Origin: Gammaproteobacteria bacterium CG11_big_fil_rev_8_21_14_0_20_46_22
GTDB taxonomy: Bacteria; Pseudomonadota; Gammaproteobacteria; UBA12402
Length of the DNA: 64,000 bases
Direction: 5' to 3'
NCBI GenBank assembly: GCA_002796245.1
Contig: PCWT01000048.1
Location: 5,790 to 69,789, forward strand
Part shown: piece by piece, positions 62,613 to 64,000 of the stretch
How positions within the stretch are numbered: position 1 is the first letter of the stretch
How the letters are laid out: the number at the start of each line of letters is the position of its first letter
Made by a program: the position numbers and the translations under genes
Notes under the pieces: generated by a model
Database searches by the model: none
What the model saw: the letters and a program-made list of their open reading frames with translations, nothing else
What the model was told of the DNA's origin: nothing

Positions 62613-63371
62613 ATGGGCAAGATTATTGCAGTCACCAACCAAAAAGGTGGCGTAGGCAAAACGACATCCACGGTGAATCTCGCGGCATCGTTAGCGACGA
62701 TGAACCGTAAGGTATTGCTGATCGATTTAGACCCTCAGGGTAACGCCACCATGGCCAGCGGTGTGAATAAATACGAGCTTGATGGCTCCATTAACGATGT
62801 CTTACTCGGCAAAAAACCTGCTGCAGAGTTGGTGCGCGGTTCAAGCAATGTTTACGATATTTTGCCAGCCAATGGGGATCTTACGGAAGCCGAAGTCAAT
62901 TTGTTTCAACAAACGGATCGCGAATACGCACTGAAAAATGCCTTAGCACCCTTAAAGCCGCGCTACGATTTTATGTTGATAGACTGCCCGCCTACGTTAA
63001 ATATGTTAACGATTAATTCGCTGGTTGCGGCCGACTCAGTCATTATCCCTATGCAATGTGAATACTATGCCTTAGAAGGCTTGTCTTCATTGCTTGATAC
63101 AATTCGAAGTTTACAAGACGTCGCTAATCCTACGCTGCAAATTGAGGGTTTGCTCCGTACGATGTATGACACACGCAACCGCTTGGCCACAGATGTGTCT
63201 AAAGAATTGCTTACGCATTTTGGCGATAAAGTCTTTCGTACCGTAATCCCGCGCAATGTCCGCTTAGCCGAGGCGCCTAGCTACGGCCAGGCGGCGATAC
63301 AATATGATCGCTCCTCACAAGGTGCTCTGGCCTATATCGCTTTGGCTGGTGAGCTGTTGCGGCGCCAATAG
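62613..63371 (+). CDS. parA: Chromosome partitioning ATPase ParA (Soj)
   Basis: Deviant Walker A KGGVGKTT; 252 aa. Confidence 0.92.
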   Translation: MGKIIAVTNQKGGVGKTTSTVNLAASLATMNRKVLLIDLDPQGNATMASGVNKYELDGSINDVLLGKKPAAELVRGSSNVYDILPANGDLTEAEVNLFQQTDREYALKNALAPLKPRYDFMLIDCPPTLNMLTINSLVAADSVIIPMQCEYYALEGLSSLLDTIRSLQDVANPTLQIEGLLRTMYDTRNRLATDVSKELLTHFGDKVFRTVIPRNVRLAEAPSYGQAAIQYDRSSQGALAYIALAGELLRRQ

Positions 63372-63438
63372 CTCTTCTTAAGCTTGGCTTAAGCTTTTTC
63401 GGCTACAATTAACGAAAATAATAATAAAAGGTTAATTT

Positions 63439-64000
63439 ATGTCACGATCAAAAACCAAGGTTGTTCCTGTGCGCTTTCATGGTGCAGAGGCCACAGATAA
63501 TATCCCCGCTTATGTTGTGCTGGCTTTTTTGAAAAGGCAGCTCTTTCGTCGAGAGCGATGTTCTATACAGAATTTATTGCTAAAAGAGTCCTATATGAAC
63601 GTGGTTCGGGCACTTTTTGAACGAAATCACATGGAAAGTCAGACCGTGTTGAATGATAGTGACGATAGCCGGGCCGCGGTTCATGGTATCTTAAACCAGG
63701 TGCTTGCTGTTGATCGAGCAATAACCCGAGGCCAATTGGCTGACAAGAAGATGCTCTCAGTCTGTGTGGCGGTTTACCACGCGCTTTCTAATAATCTTGG
63801 GGTTTTTGGTGTAGCTGAGCAACTTAAGGGCTTGCAAGACTTTAGCGAGGAAAAAATTTTAGCGTTAGCGGCCTCAATGCATGAAATGAGAGAGGTTGCG
63901 GCTAAGCGTTTTGATGACCTTTCTGAGCCAGAAAGTGACGATAGTCGGCTTAACCAAGGCTTTGCAGTCGATGATAGTGACGGCTCTATGTTGGGCGGGC
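63439..64000 (+). CDS. Partial ORF of unknown function in the position normally held by parB (3' end beyond window)
   Basis: The frame is open for more than 187 codons from an ATG preceded by AAAGG. There is no ParB N-terminal box and no GxGxGL motif. Acidic SDDSR-like repeats occur three times. Confidence 0.35.
   Translation, partial: MSRSKTKVVPVRFHGAEATDNIPAYVVLAFLKRQLFRRERCSIQNLLLKESYMNVVRALFERNHMESQTVLNDSDDSRAAVHGILNQVLAVDRAITRGQLADKKMLSVCVAVYHALSNNLGVFGVAEQLKGLQDFSEEKILALAASMHEMREVAAKRFDDLSEPESDDSRLNQGFAVDDSDGSMLGG

Noticed and set aside
63439-64000. Calling the post-parA ORF parB by position.
   Set aside because: The sequence lacks every ParB hallmark I know. Calling it ParB would be synteny-only.

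Overview
This 64-kb window is chromosomal, gammaproteobacterial, and runs through the replication origin region. The gene order dnaA-dnaN-recF-gyrB, then rpmH-rnpA-yidD-yidC-mnmE, then mnmG-rsmG, then parA places it there. Between dnaA and rpmH lie DnaA boxes and an AT-rich unwinding element. Two parS-like palindromes sit inside recF. The GroEL/GroES sequences, including the GGM C-terminal repeat, most resemble Legionellales Hsp60 as I recall them, so I infer a Legionellales-like organism. Most of the window is core housekeeping. It includes priA, the tkt-gap-pgk-pyk glycolytic operon, metK-rsmE, groESL with a sigma32 promoter plus a CIRCE operator, the kdsB-rsmA-apaG-apaH cluster, pckA, hslO, the proC-yggT-rdgB cluster, psd-rsgA, cca-dus and a higBA toxin-antitoxin pair.

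The unusual content is two separate YcaO-TfuA pairs, which are candidate thioamide-forming enzyme systems. Locus 1 (2150-9271, minus strand) is an eight-gene chain of overlapping or abutting ORFs. In order it encodes a metal-dependent O-methyltransferase, a MoaD/ThiS-like GG-terminated sulfur carrier, a MoeZ-type E1 with a rhodanese domain, YcaO, TfuA, Kbl, Tdh and YrdA. This looks like a genetically self-contained sulfur relay feeding a YcaO thioamidation enzyme. No linked precursor peptide is visible.

Locus 2 (19594-24445, minus strand) has a second YcaO-TfuA pair. Immediately upstream is a 40-codon ORF with a strong Shine-Dalgarno sequence that is absent from the ORF track; it is a candidate precursor peptide. 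Downstream are a GT2 polyprenol-phosphate glycosyltransferase and a GT-C (ArnT/PMT-like) membrane glycosyltransferase. An unrecognisable 456-aa protein lies just upstream.

Smaller observations are a recurring intercistronic hairpin motif, a 450-nt intergenic region with two minus-strand terminators that may hold an sRNA, and an AT-rich islet with two small ORFs and a tandem repeat upstream of mnmG. The ORF after parA is not ParB. No CRISPR arrays, rRNA or tRNA genes, or obvious mobile elements were seen.
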